Positions 23,880-36,196 are shown, numbered from the stretch's first letter. The stretch is DNA of 64,000 nt from Amphiscolops sp. MND2022 (GCA_964187785.1 OZ076410.1:28396001-28460000), one strand, 5' to 3'. Notes: generated by a model from the sequence alone, not told the origin. Numbers and translations: made by a program.

Positions 23880-25380
23880 AATATGCTGCTCTAAAAAGCT
23901 ACGAGCATGCCAAAAGCTATGCCAAAAATATCCGTGGCAAAATGCTGCCGGAAAAACTTTCGAAAAGAAACTACCGCCAAAAACAAGCGTACCGAAATGC
24001 TGCTCAAAAATCTGCCGTACAAAAGCTTTGCCAAAAACATCCGTAGCAAAATGCTGCCGAAAAAACTACGAAGAGAAACTATTGCCAAAACAAGCGTACC
24101 GAAATGCTGCTCAAAAATCCGCCGTACAAAAACTATCCCAAAAATATCCGTAGCAAAATGCTGCCGAAAAAACTACGAAGAGAAACTTTTGTCGAAATAA
24201 GCGTACCGAAATGCTGCTCAAAAATCTACCGTAGCAAAATGCTGCAGAAAAAACTACGAAGAGAAACTGTCGTCAAAATTAAGCGTAGCGAAATGCTGCT
24301 CAAAAATCTACCGTACCGAAGCTATGCCAAAAATATCCGGAGCAAAATGTCGCCGGAAAAACTACGAAGAGAATCTATCGGCAAAAATAAGCGTACCGAA
24401 ATGCTGCTCGAAAATTGACCGTATAAGAGCTATGCAAAAATATCCGTAGCAAAATGTTGCCGAAAAAACTACGAAGAGAAACTATTGTCAAAAATGAGCG
24501 TATCAAAATGCTGCTCAAAAATCTACCGTACAAAAGCTATGCCAGTAAAATCCGTAAGAAAATGCTGCCAAAAAAACTACGAAGAGAAACTATCGCCAAA
24601 ATAAGCGTACCGAATTGCTGCTCAAAAATCTGCCGTACGAATGCTGTGCCAAAAATATCCGTAGCAAAATGTTGCCGGAAAAACAACGAAAAGAAACTAT
24701 CGCCAAAAATAAGCGTGCCGAAATGCTGCTCAAAAATTGACCGTACAAGAGCTATGCCAAAATATCCGTAGCAAAATGCTGTCGAAAAAACTACGAAGAG
24801 AAACTATTGTCAAAAATAGGCGTACCGAAATGCTGCTCAAAAGTCTGCTCAAAAGCTATGCCAAAAATATCCGTAGCAAAATGCTGCCGAAAAAACTACG
24901 AAGAGAAACTATCGTCAAAACAAGCGTACCGAAATGCTGCTCGAAAATCTGCCGTACAAAAACTATGCCAAAAATATCCGTAGCAAAAGGTTGCCAAAAA
25001 AACAACGAAGAGAAACTATCGCCAAAAATAAACGTGCCGAATTGCTGCTCAAAAATTGACCGTACAAGAGCTTTGCCAAAAGATCCGTAGCAAAATGCTG
25101 CTGAGAAAACTACGAAGAGAAACTATTGTCAAAAATAAGCGTACCGAAATGCTGCTCAAAAATCTACCGTACAAAAGCTATGCCAAAAATATCCGTAGGA
25201 AAATGCTGCCGAAAAAACTCGAAGAGAAACTATCGCCAGAAATGAGCGTACCGAAATACTGCTCAAAAATCTGCCGTACAAAAGCTATGCCAAAAATATC
25301 CGTAGCAAAATGCTGTCGGAAAAACTACGAAGAGAAACTATCGTCCAAAGTTAGCGTTTCGAAATGCTGCCCAAAGTTAA
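23880..25380. repeat. Tandem minisatellite, ~105-110-bp unit, about 14 copies
   Basis: Recurring aaaaatatccgtagcaaaatgctgccgaaaaaactacgaagagaaactatcg...aagcgtaccgaaatgctgctcaaaaatctgccgtacaaaagctatgcc. Confidence 0.92.
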
Positions 25381-25613
25381 TCGTAATAGTGGAAATCATA
25401 GAAAAGTGTTTTCAAAAAAGTTTCAGCCCTTGCACTTCAACTTTCGACCATTGCCGGTTTATGAGCCCCAAGATTTGAATACTCGAAGCTGTGCGGTATT
25501 GATAACACCACGAGGGTGACCTTTATTGCCTCTTCTCAGGCTATGATAAAAAAACAAGAAAAATATAAGTTAAACACAAGACAAAATTATCAAAAACTGT
25601 AGACACAAACTAT

Positions 25614-26069
25614 TTACAATCGCCTGATGTCTGAGTCCATAGCTCGGGCCTAGTTGACGCCTAGACGTGGGTCTCCCTGGACTCTGACTAGACAGTCCTT
25701 GACTCCAATGGTTCTCAGCATCAGTCGGACCATTGGTGGTCCATTGATGCCAACTCCTGCTGGTGCTGGTCGAATCACGAATTTGAGCGATCCTTTCTGT
25801 CCTCTGGCTTCACGTGGAATCGTCGAAGGATTGTTGAGAGGCGGGTAACCCAACTCTATTTGACGCCAGTTAAGGCTGGTTCTCGATTCGACCGCTCTCT
25901 CTGCAGCCCTGTCCTGCTTTCTAATTGCTTCCGCATAGCCATAAAAGCCGTCGCCGTCTCCTGCCATGGCAATGGCTTGATAGCGAACTTCTGGGTTCAG
26001 TTGGTGGCTTTTCTTTTTGCTGTAAAGTGGCCGTACTTTAAGCGTTTCCTCAGTTATCTCCTGAAACAT
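25614..26069 (-). pseudogene. Divergent ribosomal protein uS5 (eukaryotic RPS2)-like ORF; one premature TAG near the C-terminus
   Basis: EETLKVRP, RYQAIAMAGDGDGFYG, LGYP, PSTIPREARGQKGSLKFVIRPAPAGVGI, TIGVKDC, VN*ARA parallel recalled uS5 motifs EVLKIMP, RFKAFVAIGD.NGHVG, RGYW, PHTVP.KV.G.CGSV.V.LIPAP.GTGI, AGI.DC, NFAKA. Confidence 0.8.
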
Positions 26070-26367
26070 ATGGTGTCATAATGCAAAAACCGGTGAGCAT
26101 ATCTATAGTTTGAGTGCGATCAGTTTTAGACTTTAAAAATTTTCATAGAGCATTAAGATTGTGAGTCAAAGTAAAAAGATTCCCCTAACTCTTATGTCGT
26201 CGTTATCATCATCATCGCTGATTATTTCTGCGACGTCGTCGCCCATTGAGTTGTTAACGGCATCCTGAAATAACATGTGGAACTTCATGTTTTGGTTCTA
26301 CCAATCTATTTTTTGAGAGATTGGTAATTGGAAATTTAAAGAACAGATCGAGTTATCCATTAAGATG

Positions 26368-26652
26368 TCAGTGAAAAAAACTTACTTCATTGTCGGAAAT
26401 TTGAATGACTTCTTCATTTTGTGTGTCTGGTTGTCTGGGTGAAGACGGGGGTGATAAATCCATGGGTTCAGAGTCATCCATATCAGTGCTGATGTCCCCG
26501 TACCAGCTCTCCACATCGTATCCATTATATTCGTATTCGGAGTTGCTCGGGCTAGACATTTTTTGAAGAACTGCAATATTGGAGTCGATTTCAAGATTTT
26601 GAAAAAAAGATGCTAAGAAATGATCTGAACTGTTTCGATTTTTCTGGTACAA
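26368..26652 (-). CDS. Unknown small acidic/Ser-rich ORF
   Basis: ORF track; low-complexity acidic composition. Confidence 0.35.
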   Translation of the reverse strand: MYQKNRNSSDHFLASFFQNLEIDSNIAVLQKMSSPSNSEYEYNGYDVESWYGDISTDMDDSEPMDLSPPSSPRQPDTQNEEVIQISDNEVSFFH

Positions 26653-26989
26653 TGTTTTGTTTTCGCTGGATTTTCCTTTACAATTTTCATATGAGAATTA
26701 TCGGTCCTTGAGACATTTTTTCTCAGTTTCTCATGAACACAAATCGTTAGTTTTGTTTACCAGCATTGAAAGTGGTTGTACCTCTTTTTTATGATTTGAA
26801 ACTTAAATACTCAGCCTGCTTTGATGAAACTGTTTATCTCAGTTGAAGCGTCTATTTTTCTCGGCTGAAGAACTACTATTTTTGTTGATTTTCTTTGTTA
26901 GGTATTTCTTCAGTTTCAGCAAGAGTTCAGTTCACCTGACTGCCTTTGCTTACATTAGAAACTCGCGGACGGTGCTGATATCGCCTTTA

Positions 26990-27238
26990 GTACGTAAAAT
27001 AGGTCACCACTTTCTCTGCTCAGACACTATGTAAACAAAATGATTTTGAAGTGCTTTCTTTTGTTTGCTCAAGTAGCAGTGAAATTTTATCACCCTGCGA
27101 AAGGCATAAAATTGATCTCAGGGTCGTAAAATTTCCGGAAGCCAATCCCCCGTTGAAAGAGTGGAGTAGTCACCGACCCGTTGAAAGAGTGGAGGAGTCA
27201 CTTGACCCTCTAATCACCAAAAAATTTTACATACTACT
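26990..27238 (-). repeat. Right terminal inverted repeat of the Maverick
   Basis: Reverse complement of 9031-9270; ends ACATACTACT. Confidence 0.92.
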
Positions 27239-28978
27239 ATTCTTAGTTGAAAAAAATGCAACGAAAAGATCATTGTTGTCAGTGAAGCACCTAATTGGTA
27301 TAAAATTTGATGAGTTGGCATCTTGATGCAGCATTTCTGAAAGGAATTGGCGAATAAACATAATGGAATCAAGAGCTTCTAATAGGGCTAGGGCTTCTGC
27401 TGTGTGCTCCTACTACTCGCATGAGTCTGAGCTCCAACATAATGGACATGCTTCATTCTTGCCGTCAGTAATAAAAACAACATATCCACCTTGGCTACCG
27501 CCGTTTTTGACAAATACCAAATGAGGTATCGCTATTAGCAACAAATAATAAAGCTGTCAGTTGCAATTTGCTGAAATATAGAGAAATTTAACATTTTTAT
27601 GGTCCTATCTATATCTCTGGTCAAATTTGACGAATATTCCCACAGGCGCGTGGATAATACGTTCACAGAAAATTTATATCTGGTCTGGTTTGACTTGCAA
27701 GCCACGATGGATGCCCTAATTTCGCACGAAAATCTTTGTTTGAAACTTCACTCGATTCTTTAAGAAACCCAATCCTTTTAGCGCATCCATTTTGGTTCAT
27801 CAGTATGCAATTTTTTAGTTGTTCCAATTCCAGACCAAGGTAATTGGAAGACGACGAGTACGCAGTGCCAACTTGTATGGTAGCTTGAATACGACTAATG
27901 ACTTTTTCTTCGAAGATCTCATTTCCACCCCTAATAAAATCGTCAACGTGCACATATATGAGTCCGATAAGAGAATGCCTTGTCAAGTGATGAAACTTTT
28001 CATTCCGCCAATTCAAACGTGTTTCGAACATTCTGGTACCATTTCAGTGAGGCATCAGCCAATCCATAAACATTTTTTTTGAGCTTCCAGATTTTAGTTG
28101 TATCAACCTCCTTAGGCGGGTATTGATCAATTGGACGAGAGGGTTGTTCTCCTTGTAAAAATGCAGATTTAATGTCTATAGTACTGATTGTCCAATCGAG
28201 AGATGCCGCAAAAGTCAAAAGAATTCTGAAGGCCTCTTTCATAGACGTTGGGGAATGTTTTTCTATTGCATCAAATTCACTTCAAAGCCTCGAGCGACCA
28301 AACGAGCTTTAATTTGGCCCTCCTTCTCTGTCAACACCTCGATACCTTCATCAAGATTCAACTGTTCACCGCTCGTAATAGGACTGCTTGCGGACTCTCC
28401 CGAAACATCATTCAACTTTATTTCTGTTTTGCACGGGAAAACAGCATTGAAATCATCGTTTTGAAACTCAATTTCTAACGGCTTCGATTGGACGGAACTT
28501 GACTCAGTCTTTGCAGCAACATATTCAATCATTGGCAATGGACTGGCATTTAAGCTGCCAGCAGTTGTGTTAATTCGCTTGAGCACTCGCTTGCTCTTAT
28601 AATCGTCCCTCCATGTCTTATAATGACGACAACACCATCTTGGCCTATTATAACTCCAGGACCGTTCCAGTCGTCATCTCGTCTGTAATAAACATGATAA
28701 ACATGAGTAAACTGTTGACTTGATTTGACCACGCAAAGCACGATTAAATTTTTCACACGCTTCTGCTGCTAGAAAACTTTTTCTTGCTAACTGCATCAAA
28801 TATAGATGTCTTTGGACATACTCGCATTTGGATCTTGGTGCCATTGCTGCTGGTTCATTTACAACGACCAACGACAAAGAAGGAATCATTCCAAAAACCA
28901 GCTGGAATGAACTGTAGACACTATGATTGCTGAGTGAGTCTTTAGCAATCAAAGCCCCAGGAAGTGCAAGCTCATAGG
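27239..28978 (-). mobile_element. Ty1/copia middle piece (integrase C-terminus, RT, RNase H start)
   Basis: SSFQLVFG; WNGPGVIIGQDG; QIKARLVARGFE; TIDIKSAFLQG; KLKKNVYGLADASLKWY; YVHVDDF; CFTDNN; copia order IN-RT-RH. Confidence 0.9.
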
Positions 28979-29369
28979 AGTATTATATGTGCGAGCTGAT
29001 CAGGTGTGGGGGGGTGCAACACCCTCATGTTTTAAGATAGGCTATAGCGCCTCAGCTCGAACACGACTCGCTTCTCGTGTGGTGCTGGCTCGTGCTGCCG
29101 ACATGAGTCGTGCTGATTTGCTGATTGGCTGAATCAAACAAGTCGACTACATAACCTTTATACATTGAATGTATAAAGGTTATGTAGTCGACTTGTTTCC
29201 AATGTATAAAGATGTGTTCAATGTACGAAGATAAGGAATAGCTTCGGCAATGTCTTAAGATAGTGAATAGGGTTTTTTCGGCACTTTTTTGGCACTGTGT
29301 GACATTTTCGGCATTGTGAGACTTTGGGTAAACATACAACTTTGGGTGGCTGCAGCCGCCGCCGAGCAA

Positions 29370-29470
29370 TATTTTTTCAGCCTGCGCAATATATTATTCG
29401 CCTGCGGAATATTTTATCCGCCTGCGGAATATTTTATTGGCCATCGGAATGTTTTATCCGCCATAAACGT
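29370..29470. repeat. Subterminal ~20-bp tandem iterons (aatattttatccgcctgcgg), mirrored at ~49050-49150
   Basis: Four to five degenerate copies at each end, in inverted orientation. Confidence 0.8.
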
Positions 29471-29582
29471 TGAGCTCATTACTTGAATACTATGTGTTGA
29501 GGAAAAAATCATGTTTAAGTAGAAAAAAAAACGAAATATAATGTATAAATTTGTTACAAATGTATTTAAAAAAAAAGAAATG

Positions 29583-32500
29583 TCAAATAGTTAGTGGACG
29601 AGTGTGAATTCTATCTTCCTGAACTTTACGCTTAGGATAAAAATAAGAGAGTCCTTTTTTCGTCTGTTCGTAAGTACCAACATTGTGTTAAATTACACGA
29701 AAACCACGGTCACGTTGAGTGTCTCTTCTAAAACTTTTCTATATTTGGACATTGATCCATCGCCACTGCTTCAATGCTGCTTTAATGCTGCCTTATCCTC
29801 TTGTTTGATCCTTTGCTGCTAAACTTGAATTTTGTGATTGGTAATCAAAACAGCAATACGTCTTGCTGCACAGACACAACATTTCTGTGCAACGGAATTC
29901 TTTCTAGAAGAGTCCAGGTTCGCGCTTGTCATGTTTCTTGTGTTTTGTGCAGCAAGTAGGGGGAAAGAAATTTACATTGGCTCTGAAGTCGTCTGCACAA
30001 TCCGAGGATCGGAGATCTATCCGCTCTCGGTTTTCATCAGGGTGAACAGTGTCTTATAATTCTTCTTCAACCAATGCAAGAATAAGTGAGTCTGTATCCA
30101 TTTCAAGCATCTCAAACTTATTAATGTCACAATGCTTGTCGAAAAAGTTGTAATAGAGCTCCAACTTTCACAATTTAGCATATTGCAGAATGAAGAATCC
30201 AACAATGATTGGTTCCCTGTGCTCATTCTCAGACTTTACAAGCTCCACCTCGTACAACTTCTCATCGATAATTTTCAGTCTCCTGAACATTTTGTTGTTG
30301 ATAGCTGCGTGCGCTTTTTCGTCGCATAATAACTTTGTGACAGCCTGACGGCTCCTGTCCATAATTTGATAGTCGTATGAACTGTTTGCGAGCAGCTTCA
30401 TTGTCTCTGCTACAACACTGGTGTTGGGATTCTCATCTCCTTCTCTTCTTGCATCGACTGCGGACTGAGCACATTTGTTGAAGCATTTCTTAGTGTTTTA
30501 CTGAACAAATCGATAAATCGTTTTACAAATCAACCCCAAACTCAAGTAAAGAGTAACAGAGGTGTTATTAGTGTTCCATTCTCCAGCGAATAGCTAGAAA
30601 TTAACATTCTCCTCGGTTGCGATAAAAATCCTTTTTGTTCAGCATAACTTTTCATCAACGATCCAATGTCATCTCTGCCCACGTTAATAATTTTAAAGAT
30701 TGGAGGAAAGTTAGCAAATTTTTGATTCTCTCCAACAATCTCTCTTCGCTGAGAGGTATTTTGTAGGGGAAAGACTGACGTAATAGCTGCTTGACTGGAA
30801 CGTAGGTTTCGTAAAGCTGCCACCACTCAATTCATACATTTCCATAACTGTATACCCCTTTTCCAATAAATAATGTCTTTGCAACTCATCCATCTCTCTC
30901 TTTTTGTTCCCCTCTGTAAAAGAAGGACCTGCTTCTTGAAATGGACAGTAATGATAATAACACCCCATGGCTTCAAATACAGTGTTACAGTGTTCACAGA
31001 AACCGTCAACGCTGAAGCAGTCAATCTTTTACTGTGTTCCTGTGGTGTAGGAGCTGACAATTTTACAGTCTGGTCTGATTCGTTGATAGTAAGACATTAC
31101 CATGTTCTCAAAGCTCCTGGTCTTGTTCTGAATCTACCAGACTTTGGATCGAGATCCCATTGCGTGTAAAGACCAGTAGGCATTTCCTGACACATTGAGA
31201 AGGGGTAAAGCTGACTAACATCAATGCCCACTATTGATTTACAAACGTTTGCTGAAGTACGGATAAGCGTCTCGTCCACAACAGCTTTTCTTGTAAATAC
31301 AATGGATGGACCACCAACCATATTGTCTCGTATCTTATTAAGCAAGTCTTTATCGGTCTCTGTGAAAGGGTAAAATTTCACATTTGTTGATTTGTGGAGA
31401 CACATTTTGGCTAAATTGGGTCAAGTACAACCAAGGTTCAACATATCAATTCATTTGTGGTGGTAAATGCAATCATTTTCTGCATAGCCTCCAGTGTGGG
31501 AACGACGTCCTTGTTATTGTACCAGCGCAAAAAGTCTTCGAACGTAGTCATTTTCTCAGTTTCCCATATATTGACGCAATTCTCATACTTTTGCTTGCCT
31601 GTCAGTGGAGGTTGATTCAATTGCAACTTGATCAAAGCGGACTCTGGAGATGAACCACTCTTGAGCAAGTTTTCAATTTCAGTATAATCACTCTCCAGGG
31701 GGTTCGAATTTCGCAATTTGTTGAAAAATGACTCATAGGGAGGTAATTGCGTGTCATTTAGCTTTTCAGGACAGTCGAACCATTCATATGTGAAGTAACT
31801 TTTCGTCTCTGACGTCTTGTGAGCTTTGAGGAAAGAATCAAGCTGGTTGCTCCACCCAAGAAATTCAGAATATCCAGCAACGGAACATCTCCAAATTTGA
31901 AAGAGACAAATTGATTCGCTTTTTTCTTACTGTTGGCTCCAGCTCTCTCTCGATAACCAATAACGGTAACAAATAATGCTTGATGATGTTAATGTCGTAT
32001 ATGGAACTATTGTAGCCAAAGACTGGTAACACGTTGCAATGTCTTTCCAAGTGTTCCTGCAAGTCAAGAAGTTGATTCGTTTGCATTTGCAAGAATTGAG
32101 TAGAAACGTCTTTTCCTTCAACCTCAAGACATTCATCTTCAAATTCCAACACAATATTTCTTGGTCCGCCTCTTCCATTGAGTACAACAAAAACTGCAAT
32201 GAGACGGCTTTTGATGCTAGTCTTGATATCTAAAAACTGTAGTTTCATTTGAGCTTTGCTCTGTGCGGCTAAACTCTCCAGAGCAACAAAAAATGATTCA
32301 ATCGAATCTCGCCGGTTGGAATTGCATAGAAATATTGGGGTTTCAATCAAAATGGACGATATAGATACAGATATCGGTACGGGCTTCCCAATCCACTGTG
32401 TTGTCTCGGTATCCTTGAATTGTTCCTCTCTCACACAAATTGATTCAAAGTCAAAGAAGTTTATGAACAATTGCTGTTTTTTTGTGTAAGGTATGGAAAG

Positions 32501-33718
32501 GAAGTCCAGTTTATCAAACAGCGTTTCACTCAATTGATACTTATTTCTCGGGTAAACGTGTTTGATGCGATCCTTGCAAATAACCAAGTGACGTTCCAAA
32601 TTTCCAGTTTTGTTGAAAACCTGGTTACCATTTGAACAACGATAAGCTTTGAATAATGCATTGTTATTGGAGACGTAACAAATGTGAGTATTGTAACGCA
32701 ATAATCTGGCAGTGTTGCAATACTTCTGAACACTCCTCCGTGCGAGTTCACCGACACTTGATCCACCCACAATATCGATATCGTAACGAAAGATAATGAC
32801 TTGAATCAGGTCTTCAACAAGAGGAATATCGTCCACGCAGACTCCTTGGAAAGTTGCTGCTCCTATTTCTCCTTCCTTTTCCAAATACCAATTGAACAAT
32901 TTGCAAGTCTCTTCCTCCAATTTTTCATTTCCGTGGAGATGAAGTGCTAATACTCTGAATAAACACAATTTGTCGTTATAGGGTTGTCTAGTGTTCTGCT
33001 CGAATGTCAAACAGTTCACAGTATGATTTTTCGGTAGTGGATCAGGGAGTACAGCATCTGTACAACCCATGGGAATGTCTTTGAGCAGAGCAGCAATCAC
33101 AGATAGATTGGTGAGCTTGTAAAATTTCCATTTTGTATTCAACCTTTCTCTAGTACAAGATTCTATTACGTCAGTTTGATTCACATGGTTTTTCAATTTT
33201 GTCAAGTCGTCTTTAGTGCACAAAAGTTGTGATCGATCCAACAAATTATTGTTTTTGTGCGCGTAGAAACATCGGTAACTTCCATCTTCTAAATTTTTTA
33301 GAATGAATCCGAATGCGAGGTTAACTTTTGCAGCACACTTCAAGTTGTTGAAAAAATGATCAATTTTATCATTGACAATGTCCGTGTTCAGTGTTTCCAC
33401 TGCGTAATTAAACACGTTATGTCGCTCACGTTCGAATTCAGAGTCCACGAGAAAATTTTGACAGGCACGTAACTCCTCTTTGAGTCTCTCATCATCGATA
33501 CCATCAAAAAAGGAGAAGAATCGTCACTTGTTTTATAAGTGTCTCCATGTACTTGACTTTTATGTTGTCGTAATCCAAAAGAGCCAGTAAATGTGTCTTT
33601 GCAAATAATACAAATGTGAGCAACTGCGGGTTTGGGAGCTCCATGCTTCTTTGCAATGTGATAATTCAAGTCATTTTGGGACTTGGTTGAGAAATTGGGA
33701 CATTGAGTCATTGAACCA
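29583..33718 (-). pseudogene. VSR-type protein-primed family B polymerase, left-arm copy
   Basis: NDKLCLFR; FDFES; GYNSSIYD; GGPSIVF; GIDVSQLYP; VDGFCEHCNTVFEAMGCYYHYCP (VSR-like); KLLANSSY; many lesions. Confidence 0.9.
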
Positions 33719-33779
33719 TGAAAGGAATAGTTAGCCTACCATAAAAAAAAGTAATTACGCACTGGCGTCAGTGTTCCCT

Positions 33780-34010
33780 CAAGTACCTGTCAATCACTTT
33801 TAATCTTCCTGGAAGTTGAATGCTCAAGTGGAACATGTTTCCCTCAGGGGAAGACACATTGTCTGAGAAAGTCACTCAAGTTGAACATATTTGCCTCAAG
33901 GGACGCCACAGTAACTGAGGAAATTACTCAAGTGGAACAACTTCCCTCGAAAAGACGCTAATACATCTGGGGAAACTTCTCAAGTGGAGTAATTATCCGA
34001 CCATAAAAAA
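33780..34010. promoter_or_regulatory. Degenerate ~60-bp repeats (ctcaagtggaaca) in the divergent intergenic region upstream of pPolB; also at ~38900-39150 and ~44070-44330
   Basis: Repeated motif between divergently oriented ORFs; regulatory role is inferred only. Confidence 0.4.
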
Positions 34011-34212
34011 AGCTGGTTACCTTTTCATCTTGCATTCCTTTATTTGCAATCCATAAATGGAAAAAAACAAGACTGTTAGTGCAGCGGTTGAAAACAAAGT
34101 CACGCGCTGTTCATAGCATCGTCATAATTTTTTCTGTCGACGTAGGCCTTGCCTTTATCCACTACACTAAATTTCTTTTCTCTTTCTAAATTAAACTCTT
34201 TTAGAGTAGTGA

Positions 34213-35025
34213 ATGTCTGTTAAACAACAACTTCCATCTCTATCTTTGCTGTATTCAATTTACGAAGACGTTCCAGAACAAACATTGGACGAAACTGACG
34301 TTGACTCGTACTTTTATCACAATATATTGGACGTTACAAAGACGGACAATCGTCTCGTGCGAGTCAGCAAGGAGTCCAATAAAAACTTATTTCAATCAAA
34401 GTCTTTGAATTTTGCGACTTGAAAGCTCAACAACGCTTTTTCCTTGACAAGGAAATTTCCATCACAAAAACAAGAGCTCGCTGCGACCCTCAGCAGACTG
34501 CGTCGCTTTTGAAAACAGTACGACCACGCACGAAAGCCAACTCAATATCCCCTACCAAAACCGTTACACGAGATTGGCTTCACGCTGTGGAAGGACGAAC
34601 GCTTCTCACACTATTATCTAATTTTAAAAAGCACACTGATCGTCATTTGCTTTTGTCTTCCCGCTTTGAAAAAGACAAGAATTGTTGTTTTTCATTGAAA
34701 AAGTTTCTATATGGGGGAAATCAGCTTGTATTGACAGAAATTGTCAACTTCAGTCACAACGAACTGTAGGAACTGTGTAAGGACCGCTTCTTAATATCGA
34801 CCAAGAGCGGAATCATTGAAAGCAACTACGACGTCTAAAGGAACTCAACGCAATTATAAATACAATTGGGGACGATTGCTGTCCTGAATGTGAGCTACAA
34901 AAAAGCATATTCGAACATTACTGCGAGGAGGATTCTAGAGAACATTATCAATACAATTGTGCAAAGTGTGACATTGATTGCCTGGTGCAGGGTATTCTTT
35001 TTAAGGATCAAACGCGGCACTTGAT
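34213..35025 (+). pseudogene. Decayed accessory ORF, possibly PC4-like; mirrored at 38030-38695 and 43192-43857
   Basis: MSVKQQLPSLSLLYS...FTLWKDE...CFSLKKFLYGGNQ...VNFSHNEL; three copies. Confidence 0.6.
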
Positions 35026-35320
35026 CCTAAAAGATGCTGGTATACATTCATTCAGAGCCAGGACGACAAGGGATTACGAGCGAGAACAAACACAACGAGT
35101 CAAAAACGACAAAGGAATGGATTTTCTATGACAATTCCTAAAAAAGCCAACCAATCAACGCTCAGAAGAACCACCAGCAAAAAAAACAAGTCCATGTAGA
35201 GAAAAGGTCGTGTCAAATTCCTATTGGCTGTTCAATATCCTTACAAATTAATTTTTCAAGCAACTAGACTTCATTTCATTTCAAACTTATCTACAATCAT
35301 GACGTTCTACAACAACAACA

Positions 35321-35734
35321 ATGTTCTTCTCAGTCTCCAACACTGTAACTCAGTGGAGTTTGGACTTTTCACCAGACTCTGTCACAATCATAGTGAACGA
35401 TATCGTCCAAGACTTGACAATTTCCTACTTGGAACTTCCAATCGCAGCCTTCAACACTTTGATAAATCAAAGACAACAGTTCTTAGAGAACCATTTAGCT
35501 CGCGTACCCATAACTCCCAACCAGCAAGGCACGTGGGAGATGCAAGACGAGGCACGAGCCAGCGTTGGTGACCACGATGTAAGCAGCGATTTCGTTCCCA
35601 ATGACTTGGATGCCACTCAGTTCCATTGGGAGAATCCAAACGTAGAGCTGGATGCAGTGTATCGACCAGGCATTGATACTCCCTTCTTTCCGTCACTGTT
35701 TGAAACCTTTCCAGTAGCTGAAAGCGCAGACTAG
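35321..35734 (+). CDS. Unknown accessory ORF, left arm
   Basis: 137-aa frame preserved in both arms (mirror at 37317-37730). Confidence 0.55.
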   Translation: MFFSVSNTVTQWSLDFSPDSVTIIVNDIVQDLTISYLELPIAAFNTLINQRQQFLENHLARVPITPNQQGTWEMQDEARASVGDHDVSSDFVPNDLDATQFHWENPNVELDAVYRPGIDTPFFPSLFETFPVAESAD

Positions 35735-35953
35735 CCCATTGAAATTGACGATGAACAAGATAAAGAGAGCGAGTACCCCACAACACCCGAGTCACAGAGA
35801 CCCACGCAGACGCCACCGCTGCATAGTCCATTCGGGACTCATTTGGAAGATATACCAAACGCTGTGTACCGTAGTTTGTTTGAATAATTGTATTTATTTT
35901 ACGTAATCAATTCAATTTTTATTATTCACAATTTCTTTCTCAAATTGGTTGTT

Positions 35954-36196
35954 ATGTGTGAGACGATAGCAAACGTAAGAGTTGCCTTGATTATTGTCCT
36001 AACTGTAAGCTTGTTTATTTATCAAATAGAGACTAAAGAAAAAGTGGGACAAAATCTCGATCCCTGCGCTAAAGTGTACAAGGACTATTGTGTGAACGAG
36101 GTAGAATGTTTTAGCTACGTGGAAGGAAACATTTTAGGTTGTTTCTGTCGTCCACTTTACGGAGGGAAACGCTGTGATAAATTCTTGTGGTGGTAA
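35954..36196 (+). CDS. Intact 80-aa EGF-like growth factor with N-terminal hydrophobic segment
   Basis: MCETIANVRVALIIVLTVSLFIYQ...CAKVYKDYCVNEVECFSYVEGNILGCFCRPLYGGKRCDKFLWW (C-7-C-5-C-10-C-1-C-8-C). Confidence 0.9.
   Translation: MCETIANVRVALIIVLTVSLFIYQIETKEKVGQNLDPCAKVYKDYCVNEVECFSYVEGNILGCFCRPLYGGKRCDKFLWW

Larger units (their letters stand above)
9031..27238 (+). mobile_element. Full-length (18.2 kb) decayed Maverick/Polinton
   Basis: Termini AGTAGTATGT / ACATACTACT; TIRs; identical 6-bp flanks ATTCTT (9025-9030, 27239-27244); complete core gene set inside. Confidence 0.96.

Noticed and set aside
23857-25478. Series of K/C-rich ORFs, or a CRISPR-like array
   Set aside because: The ORFs are translations of a tandem ~107-bp repeat in several frames; there are no unique spacers and no cas genes.
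25614-26069. Ordinary host RPS2 gene or recent processed pseudogene
   Set aside because: Too divergent from the highly conserved uS5 consensus, lacks the N-terminal extension and poly-A, and lies within the TIRs. No gene symbol assigned.
27080-27240. Copia LTR
   Set aside because: It is the reverse complement of 9031-9190 and bounded by the ATTCTT TSD, so it is the Maverick TIR.
29052-29486. ORFs within the terminal repeat region
   Set aside because: Short, motif-free frames across iteron repeats.
35451-35858. Minus-strand 135-aa ORF (and its mirror 37208-37600)
   Set aside because: It is antisense to the 35321-35734 frame with no motif; its persistence is explained by the inverted duplication.
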